Assembly: GCA_964450025.1 (NCBI GenBank)
Contig: CAYVCA010000001.1
Span: 1-54,378 of the forward strand
Length of the DNA: 54,378 bases
Direction of reading: 5' to 3'
Origin: an uncultured Candidatus Saccharibacteria bacterium
GTDB lineage: Bacteria; Patescibacteriota; Saccharimonadia; Saccharimonadales; Saccharimonadaceae
In this document: piece after piece, positions 39,923 through 48,856 of the stretch
How the letters are laid out: every line of letters begins with the position of its first letter
Position numbering within the stretch: the first letter of the stretch is position 1
The notes under the pieces: model-generated
What the model saw: the letters and a program-made list of their open reading frames with translations, nothing else
Told to the model about the DNA's origin: nothing
Databases searched by the model: none
Made by a program: the position numbers and the translations under genes

Positions 39923-39950
39923 AAAAACACCCCTTCAGGGGGTGTTTTTT
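39923..39950. terminator. bidirectional intrinsic terminator (pilin 2 / glyA)
   Basis: aaaaacacccc-ttca-gggggtgtttttt. Confidence 0.8.
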
Positions 39951-39968
39951 GAATGCTGCGACAATGCA

Positions 39969-41162
39969 TCACTTGAAAACGGATATGATTTTTTGTGCAA
40001 TAGCTATCATATCGGAATCTTTATACCCACGAGTTGTCAGCGCTGGCGTACCTAGTCTAATCCCGCTTGGCCTGAATGGTGGCAATGGGTCGTCAGGGAT
40101 GGAGTTGGCATTTACAGTAACTCCAGCTTTTTCCAAGCGCTCTTGAGCCTCCTTGCCGTCAATTCCAAAACTACCATGAACATCAGCTAAGATTAGGTGA
40201 TTACTAGTTCCTCCAGTGATTAGATTCAAGCCTCCACCCTTTAACTCCTCAGCTAGAACGGCTGCATTATTGACGACCTGCTTGGCATATTCCTTGAACT
40301 CAGGTTTTAGGGCTTCGCCAAACGCAACAGCTTTAGCCGCAATCGTGTGCATGTGCGGACCCCCTTGGGTGCCGGGGAACACTGCACGATCAATCAGTGT
40401 CGGCAGATTCTCCAGTGTTTTGTCTGGGCGCTTCAGTGGATTGCCAACAATACCTTTGCTTAAAATCAGTCCACCCCGCGGTCCTCGCAGCGTTTTGTGG
40501 GTTGTCGTGGTGATAACATGAAATCCATAATCAAATGGATTTTCTGCGACTCCACCAACAATTAACCCAGCAATATGACTCATGTCGGCCATCAGCATGG
40601 CTCCGACTTCGTTGCCGATTTTGGCAAATTTTGCATAGTCAAGCTCGCGAGGATATGCCGAAAAGCCAGCCAGTATGATTTTCGGTTTATGTTTCAGGGC
40701 AAGATTGCGGATTTCGTCGTAGTCAATCTCTCCAGTTTTAATATCCTTCATACCATACCGCACAAAATTATACTCCCTTGCGCTTCGAGTTACGGGCGCG
40801 CCGTGGGTGAGGTGACCGCCATGCCCCAAATCCATGGCAATAATCGTATCACCAGGTTCACACCAAGCGTAATAAACCGCCTCATTGGCCTGAGCGCCCG
40901 AGTGTGGCTGGACATTGGCATGATCTGCTCCGAACAGCTGCTTAGCGCGGTCAATGGCTAATTGTTCAATTTGGTCAGTATTCTCTTGGCCACCATAATA
41001 TCGTCGTCCAGGATAGCCTTCAGAGTACTTGTTCGTAAAAACACTCCCCAGCGCTTCCAGGACATCATCTGAAACATAGTTCTCACTGGGAATCATCTCG
41101 ATCACATTCTTCTGCCTCTGTTCCTCCGCTTTGATAAGCCGAGCCACTGTCTCGTCCTTCAT
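39969..41162 (-). CDS. glyA: serine hydroxymethyltransferase
   Basis: [32 protein letters not shown]. Confidence 0.97.
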   Translation of the reverse strand: MKDETVARLIKAEEQRQKNVIEMIPSENYVSDDVLEALGSVFTNKYSEGYPGRRYYGGQENTDQIEQLAIDRAKQLFGADHANVQPHSGAQANEAVYYAWCEPGDTIIAMDLGHGGHLTHGAPVTRSAREYNFVRYGMKDIKTGEIDYDEIRNLALKHKPKIILAGFSAYPRELDYAKFAKIGNEVGAMLMADMSHIAGLIVGGVAENPFDYGFHVITTTTHKTLRGPRGGLILSKGIVGNPLKRPDKTLENLPTLIDRAVFPGTQGGPHMHTIAAKAVAFGEALKPEFKEYAKQVVNNAAVLAEELKGGGLNLITGGTSNHLILADVHGSFGIDGKEAQERLEKAGVTVNANSIPDDPLPPFRPSGIRLGTPALTTRGYKDSDMIAIAQKIISVFK

Positions 41163-41228
41163 ACTAATCCCCCTTCTTGCTACCTGCTCTTATGATTAGT
41201 ATACACCGTATCAGCTAAAAGCGCTAAG

Positions 41229-41258
41229 TTGATCGGCTATATCATACATGATATGATA
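41229..41258 (+). promoter_or_regulatory. murA promoter with an overlapping palindromic operator candidate
   Basis: TTGATC-17 nt-TATGAT; TATCATA-N5-TATGATA at 41240-41258. Confidence 0.6.
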
Positions 41259-41263
41259 AGCAT

Positions 41264-42787
41264 ATGAAAACAGATGATTATCTTCAAAAAATTGGTAACC
41301 TGATTGCTCAGGGTCGCTCTCATCGCAACCTGACTCAAGCTCAGTTGGCAGAGTCTCTGGGGACCAGCCAGAGCGCCATCAATCGTATCGAGAGCGGGAA
41401 ACAGAATATCAGCCTGGAGATGCTGGCGCGAATTTCTGATGCTTTGGACCATAGCATAGTAACCATCAACACATCTAGTAAGATAAATTTTAGAGTGCAT
41501 GGTGGGGTCGAGCTGCACGGCGACATCAGTGTAAAGACATCAAAGAATGCCGCAGTTGGACTGCTTTGCGCGAGCCTGCTCAACAAAGGCAAGACAACGC
41601 TCCGTAAAGTGGCCAGAATCGAAGAGGTTAACCGTATAATAGAAGTCTTAAATAGTATTGGAGTAAAGACACGCTGGTTGGAGGGTAACGATCTGGAGAT
41701 TACGCCGCCTGCCAAGTTGAGGCTGGATGATATGGACATTGAGGCAGCCAAAAAGACGCGCACTGTCTTGATGTTTTTAGGCCCCCTCCTTCATCAGTAC
41801 GGCGACTTCAGATTGCCATTTGCAGGTGGTTGCAATTTGGGTAAGCGAACGGTTGAGCCGCACATGACAGGACTATCTGTATTCGGATTGTCAGTTCAGG
41901 CGGAGACTGATTATTATCATGCGACAGTTGCACCGAGTGCAGGGGACAAAACGATCCTCCTGACTGAGCGAGGTGATACAACGACAGAAAACGTTGTTAT
42001 GGCTGCGGCGCTCTTTCCGCACACCACGATCATTCGGAACGCCAGTCCGAACTACATGGTACAAGATGTCTGTTTTTTCTTGGAAAAACTAGGAGTGAAG
42101 ATTGAGGGCATCGGAACGACAACCTTGAGAATTACTGGTCGCAAGGTTATTAATAAAAATATTGAGTACTATCCAAGTGAGGACCCAATTGAAGCAATGA
42201 GTTTTGTCGCAGCAGCAGTAGTGACCGGCTCAGAGATCACGATAAAACGAGCGCCAATAGAGTTTATGGAGATAGAGCTAGCGACGCTATCAACTATGGG
42301 CCTACAGTTTGAGCTTAGTGATGAATACTTTGCTGACAATGGCCGCACCAGGCTGACGGATATTTCCCTTAAGCATTCTAGGTTGATTGCTGCCAAAGAC
42401 AAATTGCATGCCCTGCCATTTCCTGGCATAAACATGGACAATTTGCCGTTTCTGGGACTAATAGCCACCATGGCTGAAGGTCGAACTTTGGTTCATGACT
42501 GGAGCTATGAGAACAGGGCGATTTACTTCACAGAGCTGTCTAAGTTGAATGCGCAAATTGAACTAGTCGACCCTCACAGGGTATACATAACCGGTCCCAC
42601 AAAATGGAAGCCTGCTGATGTTGTTACTCCTCCCGCTCTTCGTCCATCTGTCGTGATTCTTTTGGCCATGCTGGCTGCTCCTGGTGTGTCAGTTTTGCGA
42701 GATGTCTACTCAATAAACCGAGGCTATGAAGAGCTGGCAACCAGGCTCAATACCTTAGGTGCAAGAATTGAAGTTGTTAACGAGTAG
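41264..42787 (+). CDS. murA: Xre-HTH fused UDP-N-acetylglucosamine 1-carboxyvinyltransferase
   Basis: LTQAQLAESLGTSQSAINRIESG HTH; SKNAA, GGCNLGKR (catalytic Cys), INRGYE. Confidence 0.9.
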   Translation: MKTDDYLQKIGNLIAQGRSHRNLTQAQLAESLGTSQSAINRIESGKQNISLEMLARISDALDHSIVTINTSSKINFRVHGGVELHGDISVKTSKNAAVGLLCASLLNKGKTTLRKVARIEEVNRIIEVLNSIGVKTRWLEGNDLEITPPAKLRLDDMDIEAAKKTRTVLMFLGPLLHQYGDFRLPFAGGCNLGKRTVEPHMTGLSVFGLSVQAETDYYHATVAPSAGDKTILLTERGDTTTENVVMAAALFPHTTIIRNASPNYMVQDVCFFLEKLGVKIEGIGTTTLRITGRKVINKNIEYYPSEDPIEAMSFVAAAVVTGSEITIKRAPIEFMEIELATLSTMGLQFELSDEYFADNGRTRLTDISLKHSRLIAAKDKLHALPFPGINMDNLPFLGLIATMAEGRTLVHDWSYENRAIYFTELSKLNAQIELVDPHRVYITGPTKWKPADVVTPPALRPSVVILLAMLAAPGVSVLRDVYSINRGYEELATRLNTLGARIEVVNE

Positions 42788-42788
42788 A

Positions 42789-44555
42789 TTACTTACTCTG
42801 CGGGAAAAGGAACTTCAGATAATCTTTTAGCATTCGTGCGCCAGATATAATCGGTAGATATTCGCTAAGTTGTCGGCGAACATTCTGTTCTAGGAGGTGG
42901 TCGTCACGGACAATTTGCGAAGCCTTGTGCATGTTGCTGTAAAGCGATGAAACCTCAGCCTCATAGGTGTTGCCAGTTACCTCCAGGCAGGCGATTGGTT
43001 GAATGTCTGCTACGCCACCATCACTAGTAGAAATGAGTAGCTTCAGATTAGCGATGTCCTTCTCCCACGATGTACCGCAAGCCTCCAGGCCAATAATCGG
43101 CACATTGATAGCAGCATCGGCGCCAATTGACATGGCACGGCCAAGCTCCTCATCATAATCCTGCAGGTAGTGGACTCGTTCGCGAAGAATTGGATCATGA
43201 TCAATCGTCCTGAGGATATCAAGTAGCCGCTGATACATAATCGTGTCACCCTGGTGTACCTTACCAGCCAGTAGGTAGTGCGCGTTGTTATCAACCAGAA
43301 TTTGCTTGAGAGTGTCTATTCTCTCAAATGGCAAGTACGGTCGTTTATAGTTAGCAAATCGCCTCTTGAAGTCAAATACCATCGCATCTTCAGGCAAGTT
43401 GATAGGGTTTCCGTATTGGTCTTTACGATGAGCCAATACATTGTTCAGCTCTTGTCGTCCCAGCTTTTTGAGTTCACGAATTGTGCGAATATCCAGTTGT
43501 GTCAGTTTGTTCAGGTAATCGTCGGTTGGAAGGCTGAATTTGTCAATAATGCCTCGCTCCCGATACATCTCCAGGATTTCTGGAAGCACCCAGGTCTCCA
43601 TGTCTACACCGTTAGTGACAGCGTGAAACTTCACTCGTTCATTATTGCGATCGCGGAAGTTTGCCACTCGAGCATGGAGCTTACTGACGGCGTTTTTTGC
43701 CTCAGTCAGCTCAATGGCAAGCATGTTTGGTCGGAGCATGTCATGCGTAAACTGTTCACGCACCCAATGCTTGACGGCGCTGGACTTGATGTTCGGGAAG
43801 ACTAGTTTCTCAAATTGTGATATGTGGAACTCTGGCTCAGCGGCCTGAAGTAGCGTGTGATTGGTATAAAGGGTGTGTTTTCTGACATAAACAATCGCCT
43901 CATACAGGTTCATGCCATTGGAACATAGCTCATCCAGGCGAGCGAGGGCGGCAAAGATGGTTGCGGTTTCATTGAGCTGGATCACTGCGGGCTTTACGCC
44001 AATGCGCTTTAGGGCCTTGTAGCCACCAAATCCAAGAGCCACCTCTTGGTACAGACGGTGATTGCCGCTACCTTCGCCCTCGTACAGATGACCAAAATTG
44101 GACTCAGAAATTGTGACAAACTGCGTGGAGCCGAGGGTTTTTTGGAATATATTTAAGACTGCATCAGGAGCGCCAGCGGTAGAGACCGTAACATCGTCAA
44201 TATGCACAAATCCATAATCTTGTGGCGACACTTTCTCGCTATATTCTGTCTGAGTCAGGTTGGTAATAGACTGGTGCGACTCCGTGCGATAAAAGGGCGT
44301 AACGACAACAAATGGCACCTCCAGCTGTTCGGCTACTCGGCGAGTGTCAGCAGCCAGGACTCCAAGCCCACCACCGCCTTTAATTCCGTTTGATTTGTCA
44401 TAAATCTCCATCGTCCAGTAGACATATGGTCGAGTGTCTGAAAGTTGCCTAGTTAGCGCAGATCGGTCAATTGCGTTGTAAAATTCTGAAGCGTCGTCAA
44501 TTTCAATTGCATGCGTCTTGTTGTTATCAGTGTCGTTTTTTGAATAATAGCCCAT
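42789..44555 (-). CDS. glgP: alpha-glucan (glycogen/maltodextrin) phosphorylase, compact form
   Basis: GGLGVLAAD, TNGV, RRFANYKR, EACGTSWEK (PLP lysine). Confidence 0.85.
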   Translation of the reverse strand: MGYYSKNDTDNNKTHAIEIDDASEFYNAIDRSALTRQLSDTRPYVYWTMEIYDKSNGIKGGGGLGVLAADTRRVAEQLEVPFVVVTPFYRTESHQSITNLTQTEYSEKVSPQDYGFVHIDDVTVSTAGAPDAVLNIFQKTLGSTQFVTISESNFGHLYEGEGSGNHRLYQEVALGFGGYKALKRIGVKPAVIQLNETATIFAALARLDELCSNGMNLYEAIVYVRKHTLYTNHTLLQAAEPEFHISQFEKLVFPNIKSSAVKHWVREQFTHDMLRPNMLAIELTEAKNAVSKLHARVANFRDRNNERVKFHAVTNGVDMETWVLPEILEMYRERGIIDKFSLPTDDYLNKLTQLDIRTIRELKKLGRQELNNVLAHRKDQYGNPINLPEDAMVFDFKRRFANYKRPYLPFERIDTLKQILVDNNAHYLLAGKVHQGDTIMYQRLLDILRTIDHDPILRERVHYLQDYDEELGRAMSIGADAAINVPIIGLEACGTSWEKDIANLKLLISTSDGGVADIQPIACLEVTGNTYEAEVSSLYSNMHKASQIVRDDHLLEQNVRRQLSEYLPIISGARMLKDYLKFLFPQSK

Positions 44556-44587
44556 GATGCCCTTTTGGATTATTAATTGATAATTAT

Positions 44588-44662
44588 TGGTGCGGGTGGA
44601 GAGAATCGAACTCTCGTCTCAAGTTTGGAAAACTTGCATACTAGCCGCTGTACTACACCCGC
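44588..44662 (-). tRNA. tRNA-Gly(TCC)
   Basis: GCGGGTG/CACCCGC acceptor stem, CAAGT-TTTCCAA-ACTTG, CCA. Confidence 0.95.
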
Positions 44663-44708
44663 GACTAGTTTCATTGTAACAGACTAATGATATAATGAGA
44701 ATAGGCAC

Positions 44709-44785
44709 GCCCCGGTAGCTCAGTGGATTAGAGTAAGCGGCTTCTATCCGTTTGGTCGTAGGTTCGAATCCTACCCGGGGTGCCA
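44709..44785 (+). tRNA. tRNA-Arg(TCT)
   Basis: AGCGG-CTTCTAT-CCGTT anticodon arm, GTTCGAAT, CCA. Confidence 0.94.
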
Positions 44786-44823
44786 CAATTAAAACAGAAC
44801 AATCCAAAGGAGGGTATAGTTTA

Positions 44824-45243
44824 ATGTCAAGCGATTACGGAAAGCAACCTTATGTTGTAGATATAGAGAAGTTGACTATTGACAATCAAACCTTTCGTAC
44901 AGCAGCCTGGACGGGTCAATATTTGCAGATGACATTAATGACAATTGAGGTTGGTGGCGAGGTTGGCCTGGAGCTTCATGATGACACGGATCAGTTCCTG
45001 AGAATTGAGCAGGGCAGAGCTAAAGTTGTAATGGGAGACGGTCCTGACGATTTAACCTACGAAGCAGAAGCAGAGGACGATTTTGCGATTCTGGTGCCAG
45101 CAGGTAAATGGCACAACATTGTCAACATTGGTGATGAGCCGCTGAAAATGTATTCAATCTATGCACCCGCGCACCATCCTTTCGGCACCGTCCATGCGAC
45201 AAAAGCAGAGGCGGATGCCGCTGAAGAAGAGGCACACCAATAG
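44824..45243 (+). CDS. cupin domain protein
   Basis: ELHDDTDQF and PAGKWHNIVN cupin motifs; GGAGG Shine-Dalgarno. Confidence 0.88.
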   Translation: MSSDYGKQPYVVDIEKLTIDNQTFRTAAWTGQYLQMTLMTIEVGGEVGLELHDDTDQFLRIEQGRAKVVMGDGPDDLTYEAEAEDDFAILVPAGKWHNIVNIGDEPLKMYSIYAPAHHPFGTVHATKAEADAAEEEAHQ

Positions 45244-45247
45244 GTCG

Positions 45248-45628
45248 ATGAATCAATCAGGCAAGCCCTTGACTTCTCGAGCTCTGCTGGCCCGCATGAC
45301 CAGTAGTTATAAGGTCGAACCTGTCCAGTCAACCGATCGCCTGGCGGCAGTGTCGAAGAGGCAGAGAGGCTTGTCGTTCTCTCAGAGGCAGGAAGTTGAT
45401 AAGAATCGGAAAATAGTTCGCGGATACAGTGCTTCTCATGTCGGTCGTGCAGAGCAGATGAGAGAGGTGCGACGAGTCGGGATGGAGATTTCGAAACCAA
45501 AACAGGGTCAATCCAATAACACAGCCCAGCTAGATGGCGGATCTGGCGCAAGAGTTGAGCAAACCAGTAATCGACCTTCTGCCGGGTTCAGGGAGCCCTC
45601 CAACAGTAAATATAACCCATACCGATAG
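45248..45628 (+). CDS. hypothetical basic protein
   Basis: ATG 4 nt after the cupin stop; ends YNPYR. Confidence 0.55.
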   Translation: MNQSGKPLTSRALLARMTSSYKVEPVQSTDRLAAVSKRQRGLSFSQRQEVDKNRKIVRGYSASHVGRAEQMREVRRVGMEISKPKQGQSNNTAQLDGGSGARVEQTSNRPSAGFREPSNSKYNPYR

Positions 45629-45673
45629 CCTAAAAGAAAATACACCCAACAAAAGCGAAGGGTGTATTTTCTT

Positions 45674-45750
45674 TGGAGGGCCAGGAGGGACTTGAACCCT
45701 CGACACCCTGCTTAAGAGGCAGGTGCTCTAACCAGCTGAGCTACTGGCCC
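45674..45750 (-). tRNA. tRNA-Lys(CTT)
   Basis: CCTGC-CTCTTAA-GCAGG anticodon arm, CCA. Confidence 0.96.
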
Positions 45751-45790
45751 ATATTACTATTATAGCACATATACTCGAAAATGCAATACA

Positions 45791-45868
45791 TGGGGCGAGC
45801 GATGGGAATTGAACCCACGGCCTTCGGAACCACAACCCGACGCTCTAACCAACTGAGCTACGCCCGCC
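45791..45868 (-). tRNA. tRNA-His(GTG)
   Basis: encoded G-1:C73, TTGTGGT loop, CCA. Confidence 0.96.
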
Positions 45869-45979
45869 ATGACCAATAGGGATGTTTGCTATTTTATGAT
45901 CTCCGCTATAATAGCGTCTTTGATTATACCATAGGCGACCATGCCCCTCAAGACGTGGTCGCCCTTGTGGATTATCAGA

Positions 45980-46540
45980 TTATCCCTGCGGTGGATATGG
46001 CTGTTTTGGCTCCTGGGGTTGTACTGGTGGATACGGTTGCTGTAGTGGATATGGCTGTCCTGGCCCTTGAGGCGAAGCTGGTGGCATGGTTGGTGTGTCA
46101 CGCCTTGGGCTGCCCAGGCTATCATTCCAGGGGTTTTTAGTTACCCCCGCAACGACAATCCAGATATAAGAAAAGAATACGGCCAACAGTGTCATCAAGG
46201 TATCAAAACCAAGTTTTTTATTGATGTTGTGTACCGCCATAATCGTAAAGACAACTGGAACGATATTGATAAATGGTATGAAATACAGGAGCACCCAGAA
46301 ACCCTGCTGTCCGCCGATCTCGAGCATCTTCCAGTTGTTATATACTGGAATCCAGGCGATCACTGGACTAACGCCAGCTTTTTTGAATACTTTACCCAAG
46401 AATATTGCACCGAAAGCATAGGCTATTATCGCGAAAGATAGAAACACTAGCACTAATATTATCGCTACGGCAGGATCCATCCCTGCCTCAATTGGTGGTC
46501 TAGTTACTACCATATCGTACGGCGCTGCGTCATACCCCAT
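45980..46540 (-). CDS. DUF5684-like membrane protein with a Pro/Gln-rich tail
   Basis: KVFKKAG....AWIPVYN and FIPFINIV motifs. Confidence 0.8.
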   Translation of the reverse strand: MGYDAAPYDMVVTRPPIEAGMDPAVAIILVLVFLSFAIIAYAFGAIFLGKVFKKAGVSPVIAWIPVYNNWKMLEIGGQQGFWVLLYFIPFINIVPVVFTIMAVHNINKKLGFDTLMTLLAVFFSYIWIVVAGVTKNPWNDSLGSPRRDTPTMPPASPQGPGQPYPLQQPYPPVQPQEPKQPYPPQG

Positions 46541-46595
46541 TGCGTCATCCTCCCTTAGTTAATGAATAAATTATAGCATATGCTAAACTAGATAG

Positions 46596-47414
46596 GTGAA
46601 ATTATTGAATGGATTAGAGCTGGCGGGATATATCAAAGAACGACAGGCCAAACAGGTCAGGGCGCTCAGGCAGGCCTGGGGTGTTTTTCCGAGACTAGCG
46701 ATCGTTACAGATGTCAACAACCCCGTCATAGACCTGTATATGCGGCTCAAAAAGCAATACGGCGCAGATATTTTGATTTCCGTGGACATCTATCAGGTGA
46801 CTAGTGATAAGGTGCTATCGCTAATACAAGAATTAAACAACAGGGATGACACACAGGCAATAATCGTTCAGCTGCCCTTGAGCAACACAAATAGGACCGA
46901 TGAGGTGTTGGCAGCGGTTGACCCCGCAAAAGATGTTGATGGTTTACACCCGAATAGTAAGTATGATGCCGCTACACCAATAGCAATTCAGTGGCTATTA
47001 GCGGGCTATGGTATTGAAATGACTGGTAAAAAAGTCGCAATCGTTGGCAGGGGTAGGTTGGTTGGTGCGCCACTAGAGAAAATACTGAACAACTCTGGGG
47101 TGAGCACAGAAGTGTTTGAGAAAGATGACGACTTGACAAAACTTAAGCAGTACGATATAATAATAACAGCGACAGGTCAGCCGCATATTATTACGACTGG
47201 CTTACTTAAAGAGGGTGCGGTAGTGGTAGATGCGGGCACTGCATCAGAGGATGGCAGGATTGTTGGTGATGTTGATCCGAGCGTGCGCGAACGGCAAGAT
47301 ATCACCATTACCCCTGAGAGGGGTGGTGTCGGACCGCTGACTGTGGCTGCATTGTTTGACAATGTCATCACTGCCTGTCAGAGGATTGCTCAGGAAAAAG
47401 GCAAGATTAACTAG
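46596..47414 (+). CDS. folD: methylenetetrahydrofolate dehydrogenase/cyclohydrolase
   Basis: VQLPL, KDVDG, VGRGRLVG, GDVD, TP..GGVGPLT. Confidence 0.93.
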   Translation: MKLLNGLELAGYIKERQAKQVRALRQAWGVFPRLAIVTDVNNPVIDLYMRLKKQYGADILISVDIYQVTSDKVLSLIQELNNRDDTQAIIVQLPLSNTNRTDEVLAAVDPAKDVDGLHPNSKYDAATPIAIQWLLAGYGIEMTGKKVAIVGRGRLVGAPLEKILNNSGVSTEVFEKDDDLTKLKQYDIIITATGQPHIITTGLLKEGAVVVDAGTASEDGRIVGDVDPSVRERQDITITPERGGVGPLTVAALFDNVITACQRIAQEKGKIN

Positions 47415-47793
47415 CTGCACTACCAGTAGAATCAATAACTTCCTTAACATGGGCGACTACCTGACGAGGTGTATAGTTCGCCTTAACAATATAGCTATGA
47501 ATCCCAAGTGAGCGCATCTCTGGTGGCGCCTCTTCTTCTCCAAGGTTCGTCAGCACAACCACAGGTGTTGTTTGATGGTCTTTTAGGGCGCGAATTCCTT
47601 GTAGGGCTTCAGGGCCGTTCATTTCAGGCATCTGAATATCAAGTAAAATGATATCCGGGGCGAATGATTTTACTACTTCAATCCCAACCCTGCCATTGGC
47701 CGCCATTCGCACATCAAACCCCTCGGACTCAAACTTCATCCGATACATCTGGCTAATAGTCGGATCATCTTCAAGAATTGCAATTTTAGTCAT
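47407..47793 (-). CDS. single-domain response regulator (REC only)
   Basis: ILEDD, ILLDIQMPEMNG, VVLTN, YIVK. Confidence 0.93.
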   Translation of the reverse strand: MTKIAILEDDPTISQMYRMKFESEGFDVRMAANGRVGIEVVKSFAPDIILLDIQMPEMNGPEALQGIRALKDHQTTPVVVLTNLGEEEAPPEMRSLGIHSYIVKANYTPRQVVAHVKEVIDSTGSAAS

Positions 47794-48107
47794 ATAAGCA
47801 GTATAGCATAAGTTAAAGAGCTCGAATGTGCAACCACACAGTCATTGCTCAAGCACGAGGAAGTTTAGAGTTGATAGGATATCCGGATATAATACGGCGT
47901 ATCCCTAGAAAAGTTAGTAACTTACTTTATCACTCGGATGCTTGTGTTATAGGCCATGGGGTAGACTTCTTTCTGTTGGATTATTGCTCCTACAGCTTAG
48001 AGCGTCTATCTTTTTGATACCAACTCAAGGCTTGTTTATGTTGCAAAGGTTGTGAATTACTACGGAAATATTGACTACATTTGTAAACTATGTTAATATA
48101 TAAAGAC

Positions 48108-48845
48108 ATGGCTAATTATAGTGCATTACCGAACCCCATAGTAGAAACGAACACCTTTAGAGGTGAATCGTCAAGTTTTGCTGTAATAAGGGTGGATACT
48201 ACGGGGTCTCTCGGAGATAATGATTGTCCTGAGCTTAAAGGAGCCGTAAGTTTACGCACAAATGTTTATGAAGAGATGGGGTTTCTAAAGAATGTTCAGC
48301 TAAATCCAGACGGCAAAGAACGAGATGAAGATGACTTACGCTCCGTGCACTTTATAACCCTAGAGCGCTTAGCGACTTGCGGGTTTGCCAAGGTGATAGG
48401 TAATATGAGACTAGTTAAAAAAAATAACCTTTATCCCGAACCGTTCTTTATAGAGCGACATTTCCCTGAGTATTTTGAGGAAAATGTAATTCCTGAAAAC
48501 AGCGTAGAGGTGGGGCGTCTTATTTCTCGACATGAAACACCTAGGACCCAGGCGATGATTAAATGGGCACTGTTCTTGAGTGCACTTACTTATGTAAATG
48601 GCAATAACTATAATAAAGCGTTTGGATTAATGACTCCCAAGCTGACTCAGGCGTTTGTTAAGCAAGGAGTTCCGATTACGGGATTGGCTGAACCTAAATA
48701 CATTCTAGACATCAATGCAACAAAGCAGCCTGTAGAGATAGATTTGCCCTCCCTTGGCGAGTTGTCTAGCAGGATGCTTGGGACGAATCCGCCTGCAGAT
48801 AGACCAGTGCTATATGTCGACAATATAATAAATAACGAAGCATAG
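48108..48845 (+). CDS. GNAT N-acyltransferase of the LuxI/FeeM (N-acyl amino acid synthase) type
   Basis: LR..VY..GF, ERDEDD.RSVHF, IGNMRLV and VEVGRL motifs; start could also be 48090. Confidence 0.75.
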   Translation: MANYSALPNPIVETNTFRGESSSFAVIRVDTTGSLGDNDCPELKGAVSLRTNVYEEMGFLKNVQLNPDGKERDEDDLRSVHFITLERLATCGFAKVIGNMRLVKKNNLYPEPFFIERHFPEYFEENVIPENSVEVGRLISRHETPRTQAMIKWALFLSALTYVNGNNYNKAFGLMTPKLTQAFVKQGVPITGLAEPKYILDINATKQPVEIDLPSLGELSSRMLGTNPPADRPVLYVDNIINNEA

Positions 48846-48856
48846 GAGAGGGCATC

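Noticed and set aside
44619-44823. ORF 44619..44807 and the 44752 extension of the cupin
   Set aside because: They overlap the tRNA-Gly and tRNA-Arg genes; the cupin start is 44824, with an SD.
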